From: an uncultured Chloroflexia bacterium
GTDB lineage: Bacteria > Chloroflexota > Dehalococcoidia > GIF9 > UBA5629
Direction: 5' to 3'
Length of the DNA: 64,000 bases
Assembly (NCBI GenBank): GCA_963752975.1
Contig: CAVWAG010000004.1
Span: 87,660 to 151,659, forward strand
Below the pieces are notes generated by a model that saw only the letters and a program-made list of their open reading frames with translations, was not told the origin of the DNA and ran no database searches. Positions 7,915 through 16,204 of the stretch are shown piece by piece (the stretch's first letter is position 1; every line of letters begins with the position of its first letter). The position numbers and the translations under genes are program-made.

Positions 7915-9537
7915 TTATTTTGAATCAGCTTTTTTCTTTTTTTCAGCTTCGCGTTTTATCTTTACTCCCGCCTTAACCCTGTCCCACGTTTTATCCGTTA
8001 CCTGTTTCAGTTGCTCCTTAACCGGCCTGCCGCTGCCTCCCGTGCGGGGGATGGCCTCAACGAATTCGATATAACGCGGCACCATGAAATAGGCCATACG
8101 CTCGTCACAATAGGCCACCAGTTCAGCCGGATCGATTTGTTTTCCCTCATGGCAGACGATGGCCAGCTTGACCTCCTCACCCCATACCTCGGAATACGCC
8201 GCCACCGCCGCGCATTCCTTGACGGCCGGATGGGACTCTACCACCTTCTCCACCTCCAATGCCGAAACGTTTTCATCGCCGCGCCTTATCATGTCTTTTT
8301 CACGTCCAACGAAGAAAAAATATCCGTCTTCATCCTGGTAAGCCAGGTCACCCGTGTGCCACCACAGGTTACGGAAGGCTTCCAGTGTCTTCTCCGGCAT
8401 CTTGTAATAGCCCTCGAATATGGTATGCGGCTGCTTTGGCCGCAGTACGATCTCGCCCACCTTGCCCCGGGACACCACCCTGTCCATCGAATCGACGAGC
8501 TTTACATCGAAATAGCCGCGTGGTTTGCCCATTGAGCCCGACCTGATATCCTTATAGGTCGCCGCGATAGAACAATCTCCCTCAGTCAGACCGTATGTGT
8601 TGACCAGTTTCACATTGAAGCGCTTCTCGAACGCTTCCTGGCTCTCCGGCGTGATATGCGCCGTCGAAAAAATGCGCATCGGGTTATCCGCATCGTCCGG
8701 CTGCTCGGGCGCCATCAGCAGGATCTTGATCACTACCTCGAACATCCCGGAGGCAGTGCACTTGTATTTCCTGATGTCCTGCCAGAAATCCGCCGCACTG
8801 AAGCTGCGGGTGAGCACGAAGTTGCCCCCGTAAAGCATGGAACCCAGCACCAGCCCGAATTGCGGCGCCTCGTGGAAAAGCGGTATATAGCAATATCCGG
8901 TGTCGTTTCTCTTGACACCTGTTACGTTCACATACTGGCTGGCCACGAAAAATGCCTGGTTATGCGTTATCAGCACGCCCTTGGACGGGCCGGTTGTCCC
9001 GGAGGTGAACATCAGCGCCATGATATCGTTATATTTGACCTCTGCAGTCTGCAGCTTCCCATCTCCCTCCAGCAGCGCAGCGAACGCTATCGTCTCTATT
9101 TTTTTAAAAGGCTTCCCCTTAAACTGCCCCTCGATAATTATCTTTTTTACGTTGCATATCCGGTCCTCCACCGATCTGATCTCGTCAATGAAGCTGCTGC
9201 TGATGACCAGTATCTCGGCATCCGAGTAATTGATAAGGTATTCAAGGATACTTCCCTTATGGAAAGGATTGAAAGGCGCTTCCACAGCGCCCAGCAAAGC
9301 CAGGCCGAACCACGTGTAAATGAATTCGGGGCAATTTTCCATCAGCATTGCTACGTGGCTGCCTTTCTTCACGCCATGGTTAGCAAAACCACGTGCAACC
9401 CGCCGGGACTGCGCGAGCACATCACCATAGCTATGCGGCCTGCCCTCAAACCAGAAATAGGTATCCTCCGGATGCTTCTGCGCCGCCTCTTCCAGCATCC
9501 TGCCCAGTACGTATTTCTCGCCTGTTACAAATCTCAT
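7915..9537 (-). CDS. AMP-dependent synthetase/ligase (acyl-CoA synthetase family)
   Basis: Contains FTSGTTGPSKGV (AMP-binding P-loop), YGLTE and GDLAYQDEDGYFFFVGREKD motifs. The start is placed at the ATG at 9537 after AAGGAGG; the longer track ORF (to 9684) would overlap the TetR gene. Confidence 0.9.
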   Translation of the reverse strand: MRFVTGEKYVLGRMLEEAAQKHPEDTYFWFEGRPHSYGDVLAQSRRVARGFANHGVKKGSHVAMLMENCPEFIYTWFGLALLGAVEAPFNPFHKGSILEYLINYSDAEILVISSSFIDEIRSVEDRICNVKKIIIEGQFKGKPFKKIETIAFAALLEGDGKLQTAEVKYNDIMALMFTSGTTGPSKGVLITHNQAFFVASQYVNVTGVKRNDTGYCYIPLFHEAPQFGLVLGSMLYGGNFVLTRSFSAADFWQDIRKYKCTASGMFEVVIKILLMAPEQPDDADNPMRIFSTAHITPESQEAFEKRFNVKLVNTYGLTEGDCSIAATYKDIRSGSMGKPRGYFDVKLVDSMDRVVSRGKVGEIVLRPKQPHTIFEGYYKMPEKTLEAFRNLWWHTGDLAYQDEDGYFFFVGREKDMIRRGDENVSALEVEKVVESHPAVKECAAVAAYSEVWGEEVKLAIVCHEGKQIDPAELVAYCDERMAYFMVPRYIEFVEAIPRTGGSGRPVKEQLKQVTDKTWDRVKAGVKIKREAEKKKKADSK

Positions 9538-9578
9538 ATCTCCGGCCTCCTTATTCTGTTTGGGTCGTCCCTCACCTG

Positions 9579-10181
9579 TCAGTGTCCGGTGCAGCGAATC
9601 TGCGCCATGATCAAATCGGTCTGCTCCCTGATATACTGCTCCAGCGTATAGCATCCTCTCAGCAGCCACCTGCGAAAAGCCCACATGTCGCAGAGAACAA
9701 CGATGTTGTTGGCGGCCATAACGTGATCTTTGATTTTAAACTCGCCGGACCTGATACCTCTTTCAAGTATCATCCGGAATATCTGTATTGTGTACTCTTC
9801 CTGCAGCTTCAGCGCTTTAAACTGGGCGGGGGTGAGGTTTTTCGCTTCCTGGTACCAGAAGACCGTCAGATCCTGGTACTTTTCCACCCATTGCATGTAT
9901 TTCCGGATAGCGTACTTCAATGCGCGCTGCGGCTCCATGCTGTCAAGCACCGTCTGGTTTTTTTCCGCAAAGAGATTGATGGCACTCATGGTATATTCGT
10001 GAAAAAGGCCGAGTATGCCGTTCTTGGAACCTACATAGTGATACAGCGTGGCCACGTTCATACCGAGTTCACCGGCTATGTCGCGCACCGTGGTGTTCAG
10101 GTAACCCTTCCTGATGAACAAGGCTGCGGCAGCCCTCAAGATCTGCCCTCGCCGGTCAACCGCCAGACTCTTTCGTCCCAT
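9579..10181 (-). CDS. TetR/AcrR family transcriptional regulator
   Basis: 200 aa with the N-terminal HTH signature ILRAAAALFIRKGYLNTTVRDIAGELGMNVATLYHYVGSKNGIL. Confidence 0.9.
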   Translation of the reverse strand: MGRKSLAVDRRGQILRAAAALFIRKGYLNTTVRDIAGELGMNVATLYHYVGSKNGILGLFHEYTMSAINLFAEKNQTVLDSMEPQRALKYAIRKYMQWVEKYQDLTVFWYQEAKNLTPAQFKALKLQEEYTIQIFRMILERGIRSGEFKIKDHVMAANNIVVLCDMWAFRRWLLRGCYTLEQYIREQTDLIMAQIRCTGH

Positions 10182-10316
10182 TCTTTTTCACCACTCTCTC
10201 AACTTAAGTGCAAATCACGCTTATAGATATATCAAGCGCTTGTTTAATATATTATATTGCATCTATATTTTTGTCAATACCACCGGGAGCTGATTTTTTT
10301 GCACGGGCCGTTAGTA

Positions 10317-10345
10317 TTGACTTTACCCATCTCCGATGTTATATT
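10317..10345 (+). promoter_or_regulatory. candidate promoter TTGACT-17 nt-TATATT for the 10393 ligase gene
   Basis: TTGACT at 10317-10322 and TATATT at 10340-10345, in the divergent TetR/ligase intergenic region. The 10-bp palindrome CAAGCGCTTG at 10233-10242 is a possible operator. Confidence 0.45.
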
Positions 10346-10392
10346 GCAGCGTCAGTCGCAAATCAGGCAATTAAACAGGTCAGGAGGTAGCA

Positions 10393-11913
10393 ATGCATCT
10401 TCCGGGAATGCTTGAGGCCAGGGCCTCTTCCATCGGGACACGCCCCGCCATCATCTACAAGGACCAGCCGGTCACCTACAGCCAGCTTCTTTCCAGGTCC
10501 CAGAAATTCGCCCACGCCCTGCAGAAACTGGGAGTAAAGCCCGACGACAAGGTCGCCCTCATGCTGAATAACTGTCCCGAATTCCTGGCGGCTTATTTCG
10601 CCTGCTCCTACATAGGCGCCGTGGCCGTCCCCGTCAACATCTTCTACAAGGAGCGCGAACTGGAATACCTGCTGCGCGACAGCGACTCCGTGGCGCTGAT
10701 AGCCAGCCCGGCCTTCGCCGAACACTTTAGCAAGATCAAAACAAAGCCGCCGCTCTTCAGGTGGCTGATAGTCAACGGCCCATACCGCGAAGGTCTTGAA
10801 TTATCCAAGCTCGAATCGGAAGCGCCCGCAACCCCCTTCAAGGCCTTATGCAGCGAGGAGAGTGTGGCCGAGATTCTCTACACCTCGGGCACCACGGGCG
10901 AGCCCAAGGGTACTATGCTCACGCACGGCAACCTCTTCTTCCATGCCGACGCCATCGTCAACCTGCTCAAGCTCGACGACCACGACCGCGCCATGATGGT
11001 CGTGCCGGCCTTCCACGGCTACGGCATCACCGTTATGCTCTGCTCCTTAGTGACGGGCTCATCGTTCGTGCTGCTCGACCCCTTTAACCCGGTCGAGGTC
11101 TTCCAGCAGATAGAAAAACATAAAGTAACCTTCCTGCCCATGGTGGTGGCCATGTATTTCATGCTTATCAACCACCCCGACCGCAGCAAATATGACCTCT
11201 CCTCCCTGCGCATCGGCATCTCGGGCGCCTCGGCCATGCCGGCCCAGCTTATGAAAGACGCCTCGGCGGCGCTTAACATCAAGATACTGGAGGCCTGGGG
11301 CCTGACAGAATGCTCCGCCTCGGCCACCATGCAGCGCGCCGACCTCACCTACAAGGAGGGCAGCGTAGGACTGGCCTACCCTGGCGTCAAGGTGGGCGTA
11401 ATGGACGAGTCCGGCAAGTTGCTGGATGCCAACCAGGTGGGTGAACTGGTAATCAGCGGCCCGCTGGTGATGAAAGGATATTATAAGAAACCAAAGGAAA
11501 CCGCGGAAGTGCTGCGCGACGGCTGGCTGCACACCGGCGATATGGGTTACTATGACAGCGACGGCTACTTCTTCATGGTTGACCGTAAGAAGGAGCTGAT
11601 CAACGTGGGCGGCGAGAAGGTCTTCCCGCGCGAGGTCGAGGAGGTTATGTACAAGCACCCGGCGGTAGCCGACGCCGTGCTGATTCCGGCGACGGATGCC
11701 AAGCTGGGCGAGATACCCGTGGCCGTGGTGGTGCCCCGCCCGGGAGCAACCGTCTCGGAAAAAGATATCAAAGATTACCTCGGCGAGAGGCTGGCGCGCT
11801 TCAAGGTACCACGCAAGGTCTTCATACTTAACCAGGTCCCGCGCAACCCGATGGGCAAGATACTCAAGAAAGAACTGGTCAAGATGCTGGCCGACGGCCA
11901 GCTTGGTGTCTAA
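10393..11913 (+). CDS. AMP-dependent synthetase/ligase (long/medium-chain acyl-CoA ligase-like)
   Basis: 506 aa with YTSGTTGEPKGT, WGLTE, GDMGYYDSDGYFFMVDRKKELI and PRNPMGKILKKEL motifs. AGGAGG RBS. Confidence 0.9.
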   Translation: MHLPGMLEARASSIGTRPAIIYKDQPVTYSQLLSRSQKFAHALQKLGVKPDDKVALMLNNCPEFLAAYFACSYIGAVAVPVNIFYKERELEYLLRDSDSVALIASPAFAEHFSKIKTKPPLFRWLIVNGPYREGLELSKLESEAPATPFKALCSEESVAEILYTSGTTGEPKGTMLTHGNLFFHADAIVNLLKLDDHDRAMMVVPAFHGYGITVMLCSLVTGSSFVLLDPFNPVEVFQQIEKHKVTFLPMVVAMYFMLINHPDRSKYDLSSLRIGISGASAMPAQLMKDASAALNIKILEAWGLTECSASATMQRADLTYKEGSVGLAYPGVKVGVMDESGKLLDANQVGELVISGPLVMKGYYKKPKETAEVLRDGWLHTGDMGYYDSDGYFFMVDRKKELINVGGEKVFPREVEEVMYKHPAVADAVLIPATDAKLGEIPVAVVVPRPGATVSEKDIKDYLGERLARFKVPRKVFILNQVPRNPMGKILKKELVKMLADGQLGV

Positions 11914-11934
11914 CATGTCATAGGAGTACAAATT

Positions 11935-12041
11935 GTCATTGCGAGCGACTTTTCGTCATTGCGAGCCCGAAGGGCGCGGCAATCTGTCCGCCGGTAACGC
12001 AATGTCCTGGATTGCTTCGTCGCTGCGCTCGTCGCAATGAC
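11935..12041. repeat. GTCATTGCGAG-type palindromic repeat unit with an extra upstream half-site
   Basis: Half-site at 11935. Full unit: left arm 11955-11984 (GTCATTGCGAGCCCGAAGGGCGCGGCAATC), right arm 12010-12041 (GATTGCTTCGTCGCTGCGCTCGTCGCAATGAC). Confidence 0.85.
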
Positions 12042-12076
12042 ATTTGCTCGAGAATAAACAAGAAAAGGAGGTTGGA

Positions 12077-13045
12077 ATGGCGAAGATAAACACGGTGCTT
12101 GGCCCCATTAGCCCCGAGCAGATGGGCCCCACGCTTATGCATGAGCATATGGTACTGGCCTATCCTGGTTGGGATGCAGATGCTCTCTGCGAGCATTTGG
12201 AGTTCAGCGAGCTGGCTAAAATCTGCGCCGATGCGTTCGGCGAAGTCAAGCAATACGGCGTTAAGACCGTAATTGACGCATCCCCCATCGACCTGTGGAG
12301 GAACGTTGAACTGGACAGGGTTGTGGCTGAAAAGACCGGGCTGAACATAATCTGTGCCACGGGGATGTACTACGAGGGGGAAGGCATGCCGGCCTATCTC
12401 AAGTTCCGCAGCCAGGTAATGGACATCGTGACCGAGCTTTATGAAACCTTCATGCGTGAGATAACCGTGGGCATCGGCAAGACCGGCATCAAGGCCGGCG
12501 CCATCAAGGTGGCGACCAGCCACGGTGCTATCACGCCCTACGAAGAAAAAGTGCTCAAGGCGGCGGCCAAAGCACAGAAGGAGACGGGAGTCCCCATACT
12601 CACACACACGCAGCAGGGGACCATGGGACCCGAGCAGGCGGCGCTGCTTATCAGCGAAGGCGCCGATGCTAAAAAGATAGTTATCGGCCATATGTGCGGC
12701 AACGCGAACCTGGAATACCAGATGTCGGTGATCGACAAGGGTGTGTCTGTCGGTTTCGACCGCTGGGGCATCGATTTCCTCTTCCCTGATAACCTGCGCA
12801 GGGCCACCGTGCTGGGGTTGCTGGGACTGGGCTTTGCTGACCGCATCGTGCTGTCGCAGGATTGCAATGCCAAAATACTGGGCAGGCCGCTCGTAATGCC
12901 CGACTTCATCCAGCCGCTGATAGCCAACTGGTCATATACCCACATATTTAAAAATATCATCCCGCAGCTAAAGCAGGCCGGCGTGACCGCAGCACAGGTC
13001 AACCAGATGCTGGTGGAAAACCCCAGGAGGATATTCGGGGGGTAA
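12077..13045 (+). CDS. php: phosphotriesterase-related protein (PHP/PTE amidohydrolase family)
   Basis: Collinear resemblance to E. coli Php recalled from memory: TLMHEHM, ATGMYYE, GIKAGAIKVATS..ITPYEEKVLKAAA, ILTHT, VIGHM, ENPRRIF. The ATG at 12077 follows AAAGGAGG. Confidence 0.9.
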   Translation: MAKINTVLGPISPEQMGPTLMHEHMVLAYPGWDADALCEHLEFSELAKICADAFGEVKQYGVKTVIDASPIDLWRNVELDRVVAEKTGLNIICATGMYYEGEGMPAYLKFRSQVMDIVTELYETFMREITVGIGKTGIKAGAIKVATSHGAITPYEEKVLKAAAKAQKETGVPILTHTQQGTMGPEQAALLISEGADAKKIVIGHMCGNANLEYQMSVIDKGVSVGFDRWGIDFLFPDNLRRATVLGLLGLGFADRIVLSQDCNAKILGRPLVMPDFIQPLIANWSYTHIFKNIIPQLKQAGVTAAQVNQMLVENPRRIFGG

Positions 13046-13053
13046 ACGGACAT

Positions 13054-13238
13054 GTCATTGCAGGTACGTTTTCGTCTTTGCAGGTACGTTTTTGTCAGTG
13101 CGGCGTTTTAATTCGTCATTGCGGTATTTTAATTCGTCATTGCGAGCGGAGCGAAGCAATCTTATGGCCTTCGATGTCGCAACAGGATTGCTTCGTCATT
13201 GCGCTCCTCGCAATGACCGGGACATTTTCCGTCATTGC
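13054..13238. repeat. array of 20-21-bp spaced GTCATTGC half-sites followed by one full palindromic unit
   Basis: Half-sites start at 13054, 13074, 13094, 13115 and 13136. Full unit at 13136-13161 / 13185-13217. A further truncated left arm at 13231 is cut by the IS. Confidence 0.85.
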
Positions 13239-14339
13239 GGGTATATTACTCAAAAAAAGTTGCTAATTTGACGCATTTTGGTAATAACAGTACCAACGAA
13301 TATATTGAATTCTGTGTTCCTTTGTTAAACCTCTATGGCGACGATAGTCTGCCTTAAGCCGCGAATGAAACCCTTCCAGTGCATTGGTTGTAGCGTGTAC
13401 GTTGCTATTGACAAGGTAATGGAACATATCTGACAAGGCGTTGTTTAGTAGTACCACGGTGCGTTGAAGATCCTTATAAGCAATGGTTGTATGAGGCAGA
13501 GACAGGACAAAACTCCCGTATTTTTTAATCCAGTTATCATATATACTGACCCAAGTATCTCGTTCCTGAACGGTCTTGATCCTGCTGAGTTTTGAAATAA
13601 TGTTGCGTAATTCTCTACCTGCCTCGGTTTTGGGATATGTTCTCAACCAGCGCATTCCTTCACGTTGCAAGTGATATAAACACCTTTGGAGTTTTACGTT
13701 CGGCCAAACGAGTTTCATGGCACGTATGATTGATCGTTCACCATCCGTTGTAACAAATACAGGGTCCAATCCCTGGCGCTTCAAGTTCATAAACCAATTA
13801 TACGAATCCCTGAAGCTCTCTTTACGAACATAGGTATGTGCAATTATCTTTTGATTTGTTGCATTCATGAGATTTAGCATGCATCCATCCTTGTGAAAGT
13901 AGGTAGCATCATAAATAACATAAAGGATTTCCTCGTAATTAATACGCTCTTTCGGTATTTGTCCTAGCCAGTAATTTATTATTCTATTGAGTTTGTTCGT
14001 GCTATAACCTGAGAGTTTGCAAAGTAACCTAACAGAACAACTCTCCTTTATCCACAATCTAAACCAATGCTGACGTCGTGCAATGCTATTGTGCTTCGCT
14101 TTCCAGATAAATGTCCTATGACAGTGCAAACACTGAAATCGCTGCTTTTGTAATGCGTCTGTTCCATAGAGTTTAATACCCTCTGATCCACACCGGGGGC
14201 ATTTTTTTATGCATTCTAATTACCTCAATCATTGAAACGGTTGAATGATTGACACTAAAACGATTCCATTTTAAAAAAAATACTCTCAAAATTTACTCGT
14301 TATGAAAATTTCTAGCAACTTTTTTTGAGTAATATGCCC
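13239..14339 (-). mobile_element. IS element (~1.1 kb) with ~23-27-bp terminal inverted repeats, inserted into a palindromic repeat unit
   Basis: Left IR 13243-13265 ATATTACTCAAAAAAAGTTGCTA is the perfect reverse complement of 14313-14335. The flanks repeat ATTGC (13234-13238 / 14340-14344). Single transposase gene, AT-rich relative to flanks. Internal 8-bp IR at 14226-14251 overlaps the transposase RBS. Confidence 0.8.
13263..14214 (-). pseudogene. DDE transposase with N-terminal zinc ribbon; the N-terminus is out of frame at an A7 run (14202-14208)
   Basis: 288-aa ORF (13263-14129) with TDGERSIIRAM...QRCLYHLQRE and TTNALEGFHSRLK, which are IS256/MULE-like signatures. Upstream, a GAGGT RBS plus ATG (14214), then A7. 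The +1 frame encodes CPRCGSEG...QCLHCHRTF, continuous with the ORF. Family assignment is uncertain. Confidence 0.7.
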
Positions 14340-14428
14340 ATTGCGAGCGGAGCGAAGCAATCTTTATAATCAAGGGCGGTTGTCTTCGCTTATAGGGATT
14401 GCTTCGTCACTGCGCTCCTCGCAATGAC
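14340..14428. repeat. GTCATTGCGAG-type palindromic unit (remainder of the IS target)
   Basis: ATTGCGAGCGGAGCGAAGCAATC at 14340-14362 and GGATTGCTTCGTCACTGCGCTCCTCGCAATGAC at 14396-14428. Confidence 0.85.
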
Positions 14429-14477
14429 CCTTATTGAAGATAGCTTTATATAGAATAACAATAGCGGAGGCTGATTC

Positions 14478-16154
14478 ATGACGACTAATCCCTATGCCGC
14501 CAGGCCGTGGCTGAAAAACTACGACGCGCACGTTCCCGCGAACCTCAATTACCCCTGGACGTCCTTCATCGATATGGCCAGGAAATGTTTCAGCGAAGTG
14601 CCCGACCGGGCGGCCATGGTCTACATCGACACTATCATCACCTTTAAAGAGCTCGACAGTCTGTCCAACAAATTTGCCAACTTCCTGCTCGCCAAGGGCG
14701 TAAAGCAGGGCGACGTGGTCGGCCTCAACATGCCCAATATACCCGCCTTCATCATTTCATTTATCGGCGCACAGAAGTTAGGCTGCATTACATCCGGCGT
14801 CAGCCCCCTGCTGACCGAGCACGAGCTGGAATACCAGCTCAACGATTCGGCAGCCACGGTGCTGGTCACATTCGATGTCAACCTGGCCCGCGTTAACGCT
14901 GTAATAGCTAAAACCAGAGTCAAAGCGCTGGTCGTGGCCGGCGTTTTCGACTTCATGGGACCGGTTGACTGGAGCGCGCCCGCCGGCGAGATGAAAAAGG
15001 AGGGCGCCGTCGAAGTCTACAACTACCTTGACGTTCTCAAGAAATACCCTGATAAAGAGGTGGATACCTGGGTGGACCGAGACTCACTCTGCCTGATGCA
15101 GTATACCGGTGGCACGACCGGCCCGTCCAAGGGCGCCGTGTTGACCAACCGTAATATCTCGCACCAGATATCGCAGTGGGTAACCTGGACCGACGGCAAG
15201 GTCGGTGAAGAGGTTGGAGTATCCGCCTTTCCTCTTTTCCACCTGGCCGGCCTGCTCTACTCCTACGTGGGGTTAACCATCGGCATGACACAGGTGCTGA
15301 TCCCGAACCCCCGCGACGTGGCCTTCATCGTAAACCAGATAAAAAAGTACAGGCCTACCATTGTAGCCAACGTCCCCACCATCTTCGTTGAGATGATGAA
15401 GAACGAGGATTTTCAGAAGATGGACCTCTCCTTCGTCAAGTTCTATGCCAGCGGCGCCGCGCCCTTCCCTGCCGAGCTCATCAAGCAGTTCTACGATATC
15501 GTCGGGGACAACAAGCTGGTGGAGGTCTACGGCATGACCGAGACCAGCCCCCTCATTACAGGTCAGCCTTTCCTGGGCAAAAAGAAGATCGGCTCAGTGG
15601 GCCTTCCACTGCCCGACACCGATGTCATACTGGTCGACCCGGCCACCGGCGAGATAGTCAAATTGGGTGAGCCGGGTGAGCTATGCGCACGCGGTCCGCA
15701 GATCATGAGAGGCTATCACAACAAGCCCGAGGAGACGGCCAACTCCATCCGTGAGGGATACATGCACACGGGGGACATCGCGACCATGGACGAGGACGGC
15801 TTCTTCACCATCGTGGACCGGCTCAAGGACATGGTCAGCGTCAGTGGCATGAAAGTCTTCACCCGTGAGCTGGACGAGGTCATCGCACAGCATCCCGACG
15901 TGGCCATGGGAGCATCAATTGGCATCCCCGACCCCAACCGGGCTTTCACCGAGATAGTGGCCTCCGCCATCGTTCTCAAGCCCGGCGTCGCGGCCAACGA
16001 CGCGGCCAAGCAATCGATCATCAGCTTCATGCGCGAGAGGGTCGCGCCTTACAAGGTGCCCAAGCAGATCATCTTCATGGAAACCCTCCCGCTCAGCGCG
16101 GTGGGCAAGATACTCAAGCGCGAGTTGCGCGAGATGCTCAAGCCCAAGGTATAG
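14478..16154 (+). CDS. AMP-dependent synthetase/ligase (long-chain fatty-acid-CoA ligase-like)
   Basis: 558 aa with YTGGTTGPSKGA, YGMTE, GDIATMDEDGFFTIVDRLKDM and SAVGKILKRELR motifs. GGAGG RBS. Confidence 0.9.
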   Translation: MTTNPYAARPWLKNYDAHVPANLNYPWTSFIDMARKCFSEVPDRAAMVYIDTIITFKELDSLSNKFANFLLAKGVKQGDVVGLNMPNIPAFIISFIGAQKLGCITSGVSPLLTEHELEYQLNDSAATVLVTFDVNLARVNAVIAKTRVKALVVAGVFDFMGPVDWSAPAGEMKKEGAVEVYNYLDVLKKYPDKEVDTWVDRDSLCLMQYTGGTTGPSKGAVLTNRNISHQISQWVTWTDGKVGEEVGVSAFPLFHLAGLLYSYVGLTIGMTQVLIPNPRDVAFIVNQIKKYRPTIVANVPTIFVEMMKNEDFQKMDLSFVKFYASGAAPFPAELIKQFYDIVGDNKLVEVYGMTETSPLITGQPFLGKKKIGSVGLPLPDTDVILVDPATGEIVKLGEPGELCARGPQIMRGYHNKPEETANSIREGYMHTGDIATMDEDGFFTIVDRLKDMVSVSGMKVFTRELDEVIAQHPDVAMGASIGIPDPNRAFTEIVASAIVLKPGVAANDAAKQSIISFMRERVAPYKVPKQIIFMETLPLSAVGKILKRELREMLKPKV

Positions 16155-16204
16155 AAAACGTTTGCCTGCGGCGGGGCAGGTAGATTATACTTGCCCTGCT
16201 GCAG

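Noticed and set aside
9538-9684. N-terminal 49-codon extension of the acyl-CoA ligase ORF (track start 9684)
   Set aside because: The extension overlaps the TetR gene's 3' end, has no RBS and has no similarity to ligase N-termini. The ATG at 9537 has a perfect AAGGAGG RBS and gives a typical ligase N-terminus.
12044-12076. Upstream TTG/alternative start for php (track start 12044)
   Set aside because: The ATG at 12077 is preceded by AAAGGAGG at ideal spacing, and the 11 extra codons fall in the repeat-flanking sequence.
11936-12691. 251-aa minus-strand ORF overlapping the php gene and the palindromic repeats
   Set aside because: Its C-terminal part is just a translation of the GTCATTGCGAG repeat (…RRAQRRSNPGHC…) and the rest is antisense to a very well-supported php gene, so it is spurious.
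13054-13161. Regularly spaced 20-21-bp repeats considered as a possible CRISPR array
   Set aside because: The period is far too short (there is no 25-40-bp spacer between repeats), the repeats are degenerate, they merge into a known palindromic repeat type, and there are no cas genes.
14202-14208. A7 run as a programmed ribosomal or transcriptional frameshift site in the transposase
   Set aside because: Joining the frames needs +1/-2, not the -1 used by IS1/IS3-type elements. Several other genes in the window have homopolymer-associated frameshifts, so an indel error is more parsimonious.
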